DNA of 61,510 nucleotides, counting the filler, from Dugesia japonica (lineage: Eukaryota), in NCBI GenBank assembly GCA_001938525.1. It is 4 parts of 4 records of this genome, joined end to end, with 100 filler letters (N's around TTAATTAATTAA, not from the genome) between each part and the next. Parts side by side here need not be neighbours in the genome. Positions count along the whole stretch, not along the records: positions 11,101 to 30,055 come from MQRL01606828.1; positions 30,156 to 52,860 come from MQRL01624238.1; 2 more parts are not named here. One strand, 5' to 3'. Shown one piece after another: positions 24,158 through 38,392 of this stretch (positions within the stretch are counted from its first letter, which is position 1; each line of letters opens with the position of its first letter). The notes beneath the pieces were generated by a model. It had not been told where the DNA came from, did not search any database, and was given only the letters and a program-made list of their open reading frames with translations. A program made the position numbers and the translations under genes.

Positions 24158-24540
24158 TTAGTTCGTTCCTCCACCTAAAATAATTTTACCTTTCATTGCT
24201 AATTTTAATAAACCTCTTTGTATTTTTTCAGAAGTAGTTGGGTTTTCAATTTTGTTCAAATCATGAATTAAATTTACATTAGCTAAATGTCTATCTCTTA
24301 AATCTTCTGATTTATAAAATAAATCATGTTTTAAAGCCGCTTCATCAACTCTATTAATAGGTTCTTCTACTGGTTTTGGATTATTATTTTCATCTAATCT
24401 TATATCTAATCTTGTTCCAGGGCCAGTATAATTATGTTTAAACAAATTTCTTTCTCCTGGATACTTTTCCCAAGTAAATGATTTTAAAATTGCTGAAATT
24501 AATTTAGAAGATTGAAGATCTCACCCTTCAGTCTTTTTAC
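24158..24540 (-). CDS. Parvovirus VP1u-type phospholipase A2 (adintovirus PLA2X-like)
   Basis: YPGERNLFKHNYTGPGT (Ca2+ loop) ... VDEAALKHDLFY (catalytic HDxxY); 5' end degraded. Confidence 0.9.
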
Positions 24541-24673
24541 ATATTTTTAAATGTCTTGGTTTATTTTTTAAGTAAATTTTTGTTACAATTTTCAAAAATA
24601 CATTTATTATTCTGAAAGTCTATATCCATTTTAGAATTATAGAATTTTAGGACTATTGCAATAACCAAAAATA

Positions 24674-25540
24674 TTAAACATAACTTTCACCTCGCTTATT
24701 TTCAATCATGACGATTTTAGAATTAGATAATTTCATTTTAATATGTTTTTCTTCTAATATACACCAACATAAAGATCCTTTAAAATCAGGATCTTTAGTT
24801 ATATGTAAAGTTATATCTACGGTATTTATATTTAATTTATCTTCTTGGGAACTAATATCAAAACAAAAGTTTGTGTACAAATTACCAAACTCTTGTAGTG
24901 ATAATTCTTTGTGTTAATTCTTTCCAACAGTTTTACTTCCTTTTTGGAACTAATCTACATTCTGGTATATGTAATTCTAGAGTCAATAATTTTAAAGTTG
25001 CTGTTTTATCTTTATCTCCAAAGAATAATAATTTATCATCTATTTGTCAATTACATATAAATTCAATCTTTGTATTATATAATAATCTATTGTAACATTG
25101 TAAAAATCCAAATAAATGTTTCAAAGGAAAACAACCATCACATTTCATTTTTGAATTATAAATTTATTTCTTTTATAAAAGCCTGTATTTGCTCCCCAAC
25201 TAGTAACATCTAAATCACCATTATTTGCATCAGGAATCCATCCTGATAATTCACCATATATCTTTTTATAGGTTGAACTGGTTGTTATAAAATTTAATAT
25301 TGCTGGTGAAATTCCTGGGTCATTGATTGTTTCCACATCTGAAGATCCTAAAGTTAATCTCATTGATTTAAATAAACCAATTATTTTCCAAAGTTATTTT
25401 ATCTCCATCTTTAACATCAATCTCTATTTTAAAATACAACATTGAATTATAAATATCTAATGGATTTGATGATTGTAAAGATTGAAAAACTATATCTCCA
25501 GAAGTCATTAAATTATTAATTAACCAGATGATTGTGAAAT
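24674..25540 (-). pseudogene. Polinton major capsid protein (double jelly-roll) fragments
   Basis: DVETINDPG; LKHLFGF; FCFDISSQED; position within the Polinton; colinear homologue at 49530-50850. Confidence 0.65.
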
Positions 25541-26699
25541 TCTTAAAACATCATTTTTCAAAAATAAATGTTGAAAATTAATATTATTATCAAGATCAAG
25601 TTTTGTTGTAACCATTTTCTAGTGATAAAAAATAACAAAAATCAAACCAACAGCCCAAGTAAAAGTAAAAATGCGTTCGCCTGCGATATTGTTTTTTTAT
25701 TTTCACAATACACTATTTTATCCCATGTATTATACATGTACGTGAAAAAATGGTACAACCTTGGCAGGCGAACGCATTTTTATATCTACTATGAACACTT
25801 ACAAAAATTATTATATTTGATTAACTAAACACATAAAATATTTGGAAATGCCGACGAAATAGCTTTGAAATGATAAACAATTTTTTTAGATATAAATTTG
25901 AGAAATAAATAATAATAATTAAATTTCAGTTTTTCTAAAATAATGACAATTGAAAATAACTGGGTATGCTGTTTAAAGTTGTGATTTAACTAAACAATAG
26001 ATTAAATTTGCATTAATTAATAGATTAAAGTATAATTATATAATTATATGGATAAATTTAGAAAGATTTAAATATAAATATAAAATGATAAAGAAAGTGT
26101 TTTTAATAAACTTTTAAATTATGATTAATTTCGAAATTTCAACCAAGAAAATGTTATTAACACTATCCATTTAGTTCGTAATATTTTAAAAAATTAATTT
26201 TTATAATTAAAAATGTAACCAAATTCTGCAAAATATAATAAATAAACCAAAACTCTAGCACAATCAAAGAATAACATTCAAAACCCAAGAACATTTGGGT
26301 ATCCAATTGCAAAAACCAAGGCAACACATTTGTGGTACCAAATCCATTGTTATAGTTGAAACATATTTAAATATATTTACATACAATCTTAGATGTTTCA
26401 ATCTATCTATTGATTGACAATGAAACCTCATAATTTTAATATATTTGTCTCAAAGAAATTTTATCTGTGAGTCCAGAAATTATTAGCTCATTGTCCAGAT
26501 CAAAGAATAGCTCGTATTCATTATTCAATTACATCTACAGATGATTTAGGGGTTATCTGGTATTGACCACTTAGGTTCATCTTTCTATAACGACAGTCAA
26601 TCAATTCAATACCCGTTTACTCGGAACGACTCTTATTATCCCATAGCACACTTGTCTTCATTTCTTTTTCGGTACTGGTGTGTGAGCAGTGGTGTGTGA

Positions 26700-29090
26700 G
26701 TATATATTGAAAAAAACGAAATTTGCGACAGATTGAGTGTTTAGGTATATGAGTGTTATTGATTTTTGAGTTTTTCGAGTGGATTTGACCGGCATCTCAA
26801 AATCTATATATTGCCAAAGGTAATTATGTGTTAATAGGTGCCTGAGAAATACAGACTTAGGTCAGCATGACATCCAGTGATGAGTTATAGTACATTTTGG
26901 GTAACAAAAGTGTGGTATTATGTGTATTAGTTGGGTTTGGATGAATTTGGGCTGGTTGGAAAGAGGGGGAGTTATGGTGCTGAGTTTGGGTTAATGTTTT
27001 GGATTATTGGTTTATTTTTTGAGAGTTGAATGTTAAAGGTTTTTAAGTGAGTGTATGAAAAATGTTTTGATGGGACGTGCATTATTTTTATAAAATAAAG
27101 GAAAGAATGTGGAATAGGAAAAAGTAAAGTTTGCATTTTTTTAGTGTGTGTGTACATTTTTGAAAATCATTGTTTAAAAAAGGTGAGGGAGTTTTGTTTA
27201 CATTTTTTTTCGAGCAGTCTAGGGACCTTATGTTTGAGAAGTCTAGAGGTCCTAGTGGTGTGTCTGTGTGTTGCAATTATTCAGCTTTTGTGTTGCAAAA
27301 GTGAGTTATAAGTATATTTTAATGGTTTGATGAGTTTAAAAGTTATATGACTATCATAAAATTATATTATTTTTGGATGATTGTTTGTTACACACGTGTT
27401 GCATTCTTATTGCATTAATTACTACTTTTTACATATTCTTTTCTACAGGGGTCTCAAACTCAAATGATCTCTCCGGCGGCATTAGTCAAAATTCGTTAGT
27501 AAGCTGAACGCACTAATACTTTAAAAAAATCAGTAATCTAAATTTGACATATTTGAGATATTATTCATGCTTAACTACCATAGTTACCTACTGGTGATAT
27601 ATTCAAAATAAATGTATGCATTTTGTTCAAAATATATCAAAAAAAGAGTATAATTAAAATAATGTTAAGCGTATTCTATCTATCTTATTTTTATTCTGCG
27701 TCGATTTATTATTTTATTATATATTATTGTGAGGAAATATATTGGCCAGGCTGCTAAAATGTGGGTTGGTTCCGTGAGTTAGATTTACTGCTTATAAAAA
27801 GAAAAACAATATTTAAAATAATGAACATTTATTAATAAAATATTAAAATTTTTTATTTTCATCTTCAGGTTTTTGCTCCTCTAAGTTTTTTTCATTAGTT
27901 CCATGTATTTTCTGTCCATTCTAGAACCAATAATGTTTTATACGCACCATAACAAGTATATTAAGAAACATTTGATGCTATATTTCATTACTTTATTACT
28001 TAGAAGAAATAAATGATAGACTCAAATTTTGGATAGGATAAAAATCGAAAAATATTTTATTGTTGTTTAAATTTACATGGAAATTTTGTGGGAATTTTAA
28101 ATTTTGTTTTAAGTTTTTTAAAATTTTTTTATTTGCAAATGCACATTTAGGTGCACTTTGTTTTGTTGCTGGTTTTTGTATTTAAGTATATACTAAAAAA
28201 CGAAATTTGAGAGAGATTGTGTATGTGTGAGTTATTGATTTTTGGGTTTTGAAGGGTGGATTTCACCGGGCCCTTTAACTCGGTCTACACATTGCCAAAA
28301 GTAACTATGAGCTAAAATGCACCATAGGTCATCATGACATCACAGTGATGAGTTATTATGCGTTTGGGTTAAAATGGTGTGGTGTTGTAGGTTTTTATTG
28401 AATTTTGGACAATTTTGGCTTGTTTAAAATACGAGAAGTTTGAGTTGGGTTGATTTTTTGGATTATTTATTTCTTTTAAAGTTGAATATTAAAGGTTTGT
28501 AAGTAGTGTAGCTGAACGAAAAAAATATTGATGGAATGTGCATTATTTTACCTAGGAAGAGGGAAGAATGGGAAATAGGAAAAAGTATGATTTGAATTTT
28601 TCAGCTACTCAGACAGGGTCAAATTGGATAAAAGAAATAAAAAGAAATATAAAAAGAATACTTAATATTAATATTACCAGGGAGAAAATCACATTCGATA
28701 ATTTTTTGGTAATTTAAAGAAACTTATGCTTTTCCATCGATTTTCCATAGAAGAACTCAAACAAATTAGTAATTTCGTTTAATTTAAACAAAGATTAGGA
28801 TTTCGATAAATTAGAGCTTGTTGGAAATAGGGTTAGTTGTGTTAGATGTTGGTGTTGAGTTGAATTGTTGGAACATTGATTTATTTTTTAGGCTTGAATG
28901 TTAAAGGTGTGTAAGTAGTGTAGGTGGATGAAAAGAATTTTGATTGGGTGTACATTATTTTTCAAAGGTAGAGGGAAGAATTAGGAATAGGAAAAGGTAC
29001 GATTTTTATTTATCTGGGGTGTGTGAATTTTTGAAAATCATGATTTGTAAAGATTGGGGAGTTTTCTTTAGATGAATGTTTGGGCAGTCT
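26700..29090. repeat. Diverged GT-rich direct repeats (~26700-27230, ~28195-28610, partial ~28820-29090)
   Basis: Shared blocks AAAAAACGAAATTTG, ATTGCCAAA.GTAA, AGGTCA.CATGACATC and GGAAAGAATG..AATAGGAAAA. Confidence 0.75.
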
Positions 29091-29327
29091 TAAAACCATC
29101 AAAACCTATATAATACCCCGATAAATTCAACAAAAAATCTTTAAAACCCTAAACAATTCCATTAAAACCCTGTAAAACTCAATAAATTAAATTAATTTAT
29201 TAAAATATTACTACTCCTTGAGCAACATTAATGTCACAAATCAGTATAACTTTCATCACGTTTATTACTATGATAAATTTGTTACCATTCGACTCAGCAT
29301 AAAGAGTCACGTATTCATTGTCTAAAG

Positions 29328-29553
29328 CAGTGGTTTCCAACTCCTTTGCTTCTTAACCTACTGTCGTGCCGCGAATATAAGGATATTGAAAAAAACCCAT
29401 ATTTTTGACTTTTTTAAAACCTAAAAAATTTGCAAATTCCCTCAAATAAATTAAGTTTGTCAATAAATTAATATCATAAAAACCTTAGTGGTCGGCGAAA
29501 AAAATTTTGAACGCTGACCGGTCAGTGATCGAAAAAATGGTTGGGAACCATTG
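29328..29553. mobile_element. hAT (Charlie-like) MITE
   Basis: CAGTGGTTTCCAAC...GTTGGGAACCATTG with perfect 8-bp TSD GTCTAAAG. Confidence 0.9.
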
Positions 29554-30055
29554 GTCTAAAGAACTACTATCGAGAAATGTATTTTCTCAAAATAATACAT
29601 AATGATAATAGTTATACATAATAATAATATTTCATAAATATTTTGTTACAGTTCGAATAAAAAAATGCAGAATTAAAAACTGCATATATTTTGTAAAATT
29701 ACGTAAAAATAATTATTTTTTATTTAAAATTATAAATTATATTCTTTAAAAATAAATAATTAAACTAAAATTTAAAAGTAAAATTTTTTTACATATTTAT
29801 GAAAAACGTTTTTGATTTATAGATTATGAAAGTAATTTTAATAAAATATTATTGTAAAAAAATTATTAGATTATAAATTAATTTTGAATTTAAAAAATTT
29901 AAAAACTAAGAATTTTTAAAATTCAGATTTATAGCCATATTATATTCAGCATAATCGCATTAATCTTTGTTTAAATAATACAGACTGAATAAACTCATTT
30001 TTTACATTTTTGTCTGATGATGACGGTTGATCAATCAAATTATATAACAATAAAG

Positions 30056-30155
30056 NNNNNNNNNNNNNNNNNNNNNNNNNNNNNNNNNNNNNNNNNNNNT
30101 TAATTAATTAANNNNNNNNNNNNNNNNNNNNNNNNNNNNNNNNNNNNNNNNNNNN
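30056..30155. other. Artificial contig linker
   Basis: N-TTAATTAATTAA-N, 100 bp. Confidence 0.9.
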
Positions 30156-31995
30156 CAAATGGTCAATAATAAATATTGACACAAAATACAAATAATAAAA
30201 TTTAAAATTTGACAACTTGGCAACCGCCAATAAAATATTAAAAGAAAGAAAATTACTGGAATGTTGAAAAAATTAAATTGAACTTAAATACTCGCCAACC
30301 GCCAGAAAGAGGAAAAGAAAACCAGATTGTATTCTTTAGAAAACTTGGGATACGAATATTGTCTATTGTCTCTTTCGTTAAAAAAAAACCAAATACGTTG
30401 AATAACTGTGTTTTGAAGCTATATTTTACAATTATTTTCGTTGACATTTTTGCTTATTGTCAATTATTGCTCAACTAAATACATTGGATAAAGGATATGT
30501 GATAATAATTATATTAAGCAAAAGTTGAAGCTATATTTTACAAGTATTTCAAATTTTTATCTTGTCTTAGCGCTTAGTTAATTTTTTTGTTTCTCTATAT
30601 ATTTTTAAATAGTAGTAATTTACCAACCAATTCATTGACAATTTAATATTTACCTCGCATAGCACACATCTTAAGTGTCCCTACGTAAACATTTTTTTGG
30701 TGACTCTTGGGATCTACAAAATTTCCTCACAAATAAAATAATCGGTATAATACTAATCAAAACTTATAAATATAAAATAACTAATTTCTAAGTAGAAATA
30801 GGAAATTAAATATCCTTAACTAGTTTAACAAATAGAATAACGCCCCACTAGATAAAATTTACCATACAAAAAAAACTTATTAAATTATTTTCGTAAAATT
30901 TGAAACATTGTAAACCTACATGATTGTTGTGATAAAATGCAAAACATAAAAAAATTATAATAAAACGTTAAGAAATTNNNNNATTATTTCATAAAGTATT
31001 AAATATTGTAAACATTGTAAAAAAGTGTTAATTTAATGTGAAAAAGTGTAAAAAAAACCTAAAAATAAAATTTATAATAAAATGCTTAAAACATGTTTTA
31101 AAAAGATCAAAATTTTTAGACACTTTTTCTCATCAAAATCCAACTGGTTAATATTGGAAAGTAAAAAATTTTTTATTAAAATTATTTAATATAAATATAA
31201 ATATGGCGGAAAAGATCTTATCCCGGCCATCTATCCGTCATAGATAAAATAATTAGTTTTATTTTCTATTCAATTTAGAAATTTAAAATGCTTTGATAAG
31301 TGAATATTTGTTTCGACGATTCCTGCCAATTTGCTTTAACCATTATATTTTTGTATTATTCCATGCCAATAAAGTCGACAAATGAAATAATATTATTTAT
31401 GAAACCCTAATTAATTCAGAAATGTGCCACGTTTCCTTAACAGTCTAAATTTTATTAAACTATGGCTTTCTCATATTTCATATATACTTTTTACTAATAC
31501 TAATAAAATAAGTTATAATGGTGGATTAGGAACTATNNNNNNNNNNNNNNNNNNNNNNNNNNNNNNNNNNNNNNNNNNNNNNNNNNNNNNNNNNNNNNNN
31601 NNNNNNNNNNNNNNNNNNNNNNNNNNNNNNNNNNNNNNNNNNNNNNNNNNNNNNNNNNNNNNNNNNNNNNNNNNNNNNNNNNNNNNNNNNGTTAAAATTG
31701 CATCGTATAACTGTTGGAGAATTTTAGTTTAAGCATTTTTTTTCTTTCCTATTCCTTTCCTCATTTTTTTCCTACTCTATTTACTTTACTCCTATAGTAT
31801 ACAATACACACAAAAATATTTAAGTTATAAATCGTTAAATGAACAATATAATAGCATAAGAGACTATACTGAATATATTATAGTTGATTTATGATTATAT
31901 TATATACATACTAAAAATATCAATANNNNNNNNNNNNNNNNNNNNNNNNNNNNNNNNNNNNNNNNNNNNNNNNNNNNNNNNNNNNNNNNNNNNNN

Positions 31996-32089
31996 AAAAC
32001 CGCGGTTTTTAGAAGCGGTTTTCGGTTACGATTTGGTGAGGCGAAAACCGCGGTTTCGGTTTCCGGTTAACCAAACCGTGCAAACTCTA
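31996..32089 (-). repeat. hAT-type terminus with subterminal AAACCG motifs
   Basis: Reverse complement TAGAGTTTGCACGGTTTGGTTAACCGG; clustered AAACCG/CGGTTT. Confidence 0.55.
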
Positions 32090-35000
32090 ATAATGTTGAG
32101 CTCCAATGCTAAATAATGGGAAACAAAGGTGTGCGAGATATAATTATCTATAGAAAATATCATGTTATATAAGTAGTTGTATAAAGGGTTTAATAATAAC
32201 GGTATGTAGAATAATTTAATTTATGCAGTATAATTATGATTATAAGTTTTTAGAAACGCAGCCACTTGATTTCATTGTTAGCAACCCAAGGCAACCTATT
32301 TATAAATTCTCTGAAAAGTCTGTTTTGGAAAATCCAAAACAATTTGTGTTGAACAAACCAACACGTTAATTCACTTACTAGTTATTTTCAATCTATTTTG
32401 TGAGGCTAATTCATTGGAAAAAATAATTGTTCAAAAACTTGGAAAACAGTAATTTTTATTTTTTGTAAACATAATTTTAATATTTAATTTTATTGGAATG
32501 ATGAAATTTAATTGGCCTCCCAAACCTCCGGTCCCTCCTTTATGTCAAACAATTAATGGTAAATTGATATGAAATGTTATTCTATCACAATTGTCCTACG
32601 GATGATGCTTCCCTCATACATTTATGATTATTTGTTTTGTTTTTTTTGAATGCTATGTTTTGGAGGTCATGGTCGGGTGACTTTATTTATTTTCAATATT
32701 ACAATAAAATTTATTTTGAAATAAAACTTCAGTTATTTATTATTTTTGTTGCTTTATTAATGTTATACTCAGATTTACTAAAAATTAAATTCTTGTTTGG
32801 GAATAATTCGGGGTTTATTTAAATTTTTGGTAACATTACAATAAAAACTCTTAAATTTAAATTTTAATTGTTGATTATTACTTAGGAACATAACGAGGTT
32901 GCAATAAATCTAAAGTCCTATATAGTATGATTAAATATTGCTTCTTGAATTTTATAATCTAATTGTAGAGATGTTTTTGTACATCTGATACATGCAGAAT
33001 ATCAGATCCCTAACGAGTAATTCAGTTTAAGTCTAAGTTTAAGATTCTTGGATTTTAGGTCACATTCCTAAGCCAAGTATCAATTTAAGAGACTGAAGTA
33101 ATTCATTTTAAAGTTTTTCGAATGACAAATTATAAATCGTTAAATAATAATAAATTATCAATTAAAATTACTGCTCAGGAACTAAACCTCATAAATATTA
33201 AGTCTTCCAATAGATATGACCTAAATTCAGTCGCATTCTGAAGTCATATAGTATAAACTTTTTGATTTTCGAATGAGCAGGCTTATCGATTGACGACCAA
33301 CGATAGAATCATTAACAATACATAAAATTAGTTAAACGAACTATGATAATTCCGTCATCAGCTTTTATAAATAAAATTAATATTAATTAACATTAGACGA
33401 TCCGAAACACCAATGTACAAACTCTTCAAACGGCTATAAAACCCATGGTCAAGGAGTTTTATCTAATAGAGAATTAAAGAAAAATCATAACTTCCAAATA
33501 GGGTTTTACAATACTGTTTAACAGTAACAGTAAAACAACTGTTTTTTGCCAAAATCAAATAACAGAAAACAGCCTTTTTCTGCTTAGCTGTTATTATTGT
33601 TTTTAAAAATTTATTAAATAAGAAAATTGTTTTTAAATTATAAATATTTTTTAAAAAACTTCAATTAAAATAGGATTCTTTACGATGAATACAGTATATT
33701 TAACGAGAAATTATCAATTTTGAATTTATTACACCGTGCTTAGTTAAATTAAAAAATATTACGCCAATGTTTAGTAAGAAAATAGTTTTAATAATTACAA
33801 AAATAAGTATATATAAGTATATATATTTTGAAAATAAACAATAATTTTTTTATTTACCAATGTCGAAAGTCTGGTATTATGATGAAAAACTTAAAAATCC
33901 AAAAATAAAGAGTTAGAAGCTATGTAAACGCTGCAATAAAATTATCAAATGCTCAATAAATTCTACGACTACATTAAAGACTCACCTTAAAATCCATAGT
34001 ATTGATGTCAATAAATCTAATCAAGATACAAGTTATAATAAAGAATAAGTAATTGAAAAGACCGAAACAATAGCAATTCTCCTAAGTCGTAAAAGCCTCA
34101 AAGAAATTATAACAGGCCTCGCAACAGATGACTTAATTTTTTCAGCCATCACTAGAAATAATTACTTGAGACAATAAATTTCTCTTAACGGCTACAAACT
34201 TCCCAATAAAAGCAAAATAAAATATATCCAAAATTCATTAGATGGGTTACAACGAAGATATGCTAGATCCGGGGAAAAGGCGAACGCACAAGTGAGTGCT
34301 AATCCTGTGGTTTCTAGGTCATACCATAGAATAATTAGCGCAAAGCTTGCTCGAAGATTTTATGTCTAGATATGTCAGCCAGCAGAAACACCCACTAACC
34401 AATCGCAAGCATTAACATCCAAAGCTCAGAAGCCCAACAATAATCCTACATCTGACTTTAAGAAAACACTTTTTTCACCACCTTGAAAATAGTAAACATA
34501 AAGTTTTTAAAAAGTTTGAAAAGGATGAGTCATAGGGAGTCCAAGGTGGGTTAGTTTAGCGCGCATATATATACCTACTGAAGTATGTACTGTTGCTGCT
34601 TGTAAACATAATATGCACCTCTGTTCAAAAACTCGCCTAAGAGAAAACCCAGATAACATCAAGATTTATTTAAGTTCCTTATTTTGATTTTTCTTAAAAT
34701 TAAATTGTTGAACATAAAAAATTTTATCAAGATGTTTATCCATTTAATTTTCGGATTTCTTAGATAATATCTATTTTTGACTAAATAATTACTTTGTTGT
34801 TGAAACTTTTCGATCAACAATATGTATTTAATTTATTTTAAAATCAAATTTTTGATATGATTCTTTTTAACTAATTACAATAAATAAGTCACTAATATAA
34901 ACCGATTTCGCCTCAATAATCTCCGAATAACCCGGTTTCAACCATAATTCACAAATCATTTTCACTTAAAAAGATCTTTATTGTAAATTGACTATAGATC

Positions 35001-35928
35001 GTTGAGATTTTGTTATTTACATTAGATAATTGAAACTTAATAGATAAATTTAGGGATATACAGAAGTTTTAGGTAATTAGTTTTTCACAAGTAAATTCGA
35101 TGAATGGAATAAAAATTAAAATTTTTATATAATATTTGACCACAGATGAATGATAAACGGGAATTTGTTCAGCTTAAGAAGTTTGAAGATACCGATTTGT
35201 TATTTCGATAAATTTGAAACGTCAACTGAAGTAGCACTATAAAAAGTTTATTCTAATGAAAACATTGGTCAATAGTTCTAAGTGAAAGGAAAAGATTTGC
35301 CAAAGGATGCATACACTGTTAAGAGTCAACAAAGTATACAAAGCCCAGTAACTCAAATTAATAATGAGTAAGCATAGTGCATTATCAATTATATTCACTG
35401 TACAACATGAATAGATCTTGAAATTTTTAGATAAGCGGGGTTAATATGAAAATAATATAAAATACACATACAATCATAACATCTTTCCTCAAAGTAAAGG
35501 AAGCAATTATATTAGAATCCATAACTTACATTGTGTCGATATCTACAAAAATTTAAATTTTAAATCAATGTTCACCAAAAACATTTAGACGTTATTTTAA
35601 AATTCATTTTACATTAATTTAGAATCTAATAAAATATCAAGTGTAATATCTTGTGGGAAAATGTATGCAGCGTAGCTATTTAATGAACTCTAATCCAAGA
35701 TTACTCATTTTACAAAATCTATTAATGATTTTTATAATACAATATTACTATCTATGTAATAGCGAGCTGGTTAGGCCTTCTTAAGAATTTAGATACTATT
35801 AGCTGGATGTGTAAGGAAAGATCAAGGAATTTTAGAAGTTGACCTATCGAGCAATTAAACCTTAACTGCGAACGTTATTGCAGTATTGAAGTTAAGAGAG
35901 CATCTCATAAACTATAGTAAAGATTAGG

Positions 35929-38200
35929 GGTTTACTATAATAAGGGCACCTTCAAAAGGGAGACATTAAATTGACATTGACCGAACAATAATAAATATTA
36001 TATTATTTTATTATATTATATAATATTATTTGAAAATATTATAATATTATTATATATTGAAATATTATATAAATTTTAAACTACGTACATTTAAAGCATT
36101 TCGATCGATATAATACTAATTAAATAGAAGTATTAGGATAAATTATTATAAGCAATTACTTTATAAAGCAGTTAATTAAAGACATTTAAGGTTACAAATT
36201 TTATGAGTAGAAATTAATGATATTTATCTGTATATATACACTAGAATGGAAAGAAAAAAATCGAAACCCATATGACAATTGCAACGTAGAAATGGTATTG
36301 GAGTTTGTTAGAAGCAACAAATATGCTTCTTATTTAGTTAAAAATGGCTACACATTTCGTAAAGAAAAAATAATAAAATATAAACAGATTTGGAGATGCA
36401 CAGATTATCGCAAAGCTAAATGTAGGTCACGCTGCCATACAAGGAATGGTGTTTTTACATAGGAGCCAACTGAGCACAATCATTTGCCTGATATAGCAAA
36501 AGCGGAAGTAAGGAAAACCATGTCTTATCTCAAAGTTCGGGCTACAACAACAGAAGCAACTCATCAGATTGCATCAAATACATCGGTTGGATTAACTGCT
36601 GCAGTGTCAGGTCAATTGCCAAATGTTGTCGATTTGAAACAAACGATTAATTTATGTGAAATATTTAAACAAATTGAAATTATGACGATATTAAAATATT
36701 ATCTTAATTAGGGCGTTGAAAAATAAATTAAACGTCTTTTAAAAATTAAGACTTTTGTCTTTTTCTTAGTTTTTGTTTATTTCAATTTGTAGAGTTTTTA
36801 ATAAGAAAGTTTATTAAAATTATAAAATTCTTTTCACTTTTAATTTCATGTTAAACAAAAATCTACTCAATAATTATTTGAAATTGTTGAAAATACATTT
36901 AAAAGTGCTGGTCAATTATGCAATCTCATCAACAAATTAAATTAATAAAAAACATCCAATAAAGATGTTTTATAAAGATGTTTTATCGACGCGTTCGTCA
37001 TCATGTGCAGGCACCACGGCCAAATCCAACCAGTTTACATGAACTTACATTGCCTGCTGAATATACAACAACGTTAAAAGGAGATAGTTTTTTGCTGCAC
37101 GATAGTGGTCCTGGTTTGCAACGATTCTTGATTTTTTCTAAAACTCGCAATCTGGTACTTTTGTCTAGATGTCCAAACTGGTATGCGGACGGAGCTTTTA
37201 AAACAGCACCTCCTTTATTCCACCAAATCTACAGTATTCATGTATTGAAACAGGGTATTATAATTCNTGTTGTTTTTGTGCTGATGAGTGATAGTAGCAC
37301 AAATAGTTATGTTCGTGTTCTAACAGAAATCAAAAATTTTCGTGCTGATTTAAATCCAAAGACATTGATAACAGACTTTGAGCATGCTACACTTCTTGCA
37401 TTTAAAAGAGTTTTCCCAAATGCTGTGCAACAGGGTTGCTTATTCCATTTAAGTCAATGTGTGTGGCATCGTTTACAGCAGATACCAAATTCCTAAGCCA
37501 GATACGCATCAGAGGCGCAATTTGCGCTTGAAATAAGTCACTTGGTTGCACTCGCATTTGTTCCTGTTGATAACGTTGTAAATGAATTTGAAGCACTCCT
37601 GGATTGGGAGTTCTACACTGATAACGAAGTTGCCATTCGTGAACTGATTAATTATTTCGAAGACACCTGGATTGGCCGACCAAATAGACTAGAAAAATCC
37701 ATTGATGTCGTTTTCCCACTAACGTTATGGAACGTGCACAATGCAGCGCAACAGAATCTGCCAAAAACCAACAATGCTGTGGAAGGATGCCACAGAGGAT
37801 TTGCACAAATTTTCGGATCTTACCACCCGACGATATGGAAATTTATAGATGGATTAAAAAAGGAGTAAAGCCTCAATGAATTGAAGCTTGAACAGTATGT
37901 GGCTGGTCAAGAACCTCCTGCTGGAAGGAAAAAATACAAGGATTCATCAAATCGCATAAAAACAGTTGCTGATTATAACAATCGACCAATTATTGAATAC
38001 TTGCTTGGGATTGCCCATAAAAGGAATCTACAAGCTTAAAGCCTATGTTAGCAGAATTTGACGCATAATAATAAAATACATTCTATAAAATACTATACTT
38101 CATTTTATGTTTATTGGAATGCACCTTTTTTAATGTCGCCGTTTTAATGAGCGCTCTTTTTAATTTTGTCCTTTTAAAAGGGCCCTTATTATAGTATACC
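35929..38200 (+). mobile_element. Mutator-like (MULE) transposon with FLYWCH-type transposase
   Basis: TIRs GGT(T/A)TACTATAATAAGGGC; flanks AAGATTAGG / AAGATTGNN, consistent with a ~9-bp TSD. Confidence 0.9.
36292..38040 (+). pseudogene. FLYWCH + MULE DDE transposase (stops, ~340-bp insertion)
   Basis: NGYTF..WRC..CRSR..HNH; WYADGAFK; TDFE; GCLFHLSQ; PKTNNAVEG. Confidence 0.92.
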
Positions 38201-38392
38201 AAGATTGNNNNNNNNNNNNNNNATTGAATTTTTTATTAGACCTGTTTAGTATAGTGAACATCGAAATTGTTCATGCTTTATTGGGAATTGTTTCTAAGTT
38301 CAGAAAGAGACCAAACTATTTTTCAGATCCAACTAATAGAAAAATCATATTAAATTTATTGTTAAATAAATAATCTATCCGTTTCTTTACTA

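Larger units (their letters stand above)
19133..25790. mobile_element. Internally deleted Polinton/Maverick (adintovirus-like) element
   Basis: 6-bp TSD ATGAAC (19127-19132 and 25791-25796); AGTAG...CTACT termini; ~140-160-bp TIRs; pPolB, ATPase, integrase, PLA2 and capsid relics inside. Confidence 0.95.

Noticed and set aside
25568-25828. 86-aa ORF
   Set aside because: Runs through the Polinton right TIR and TSD; spurious
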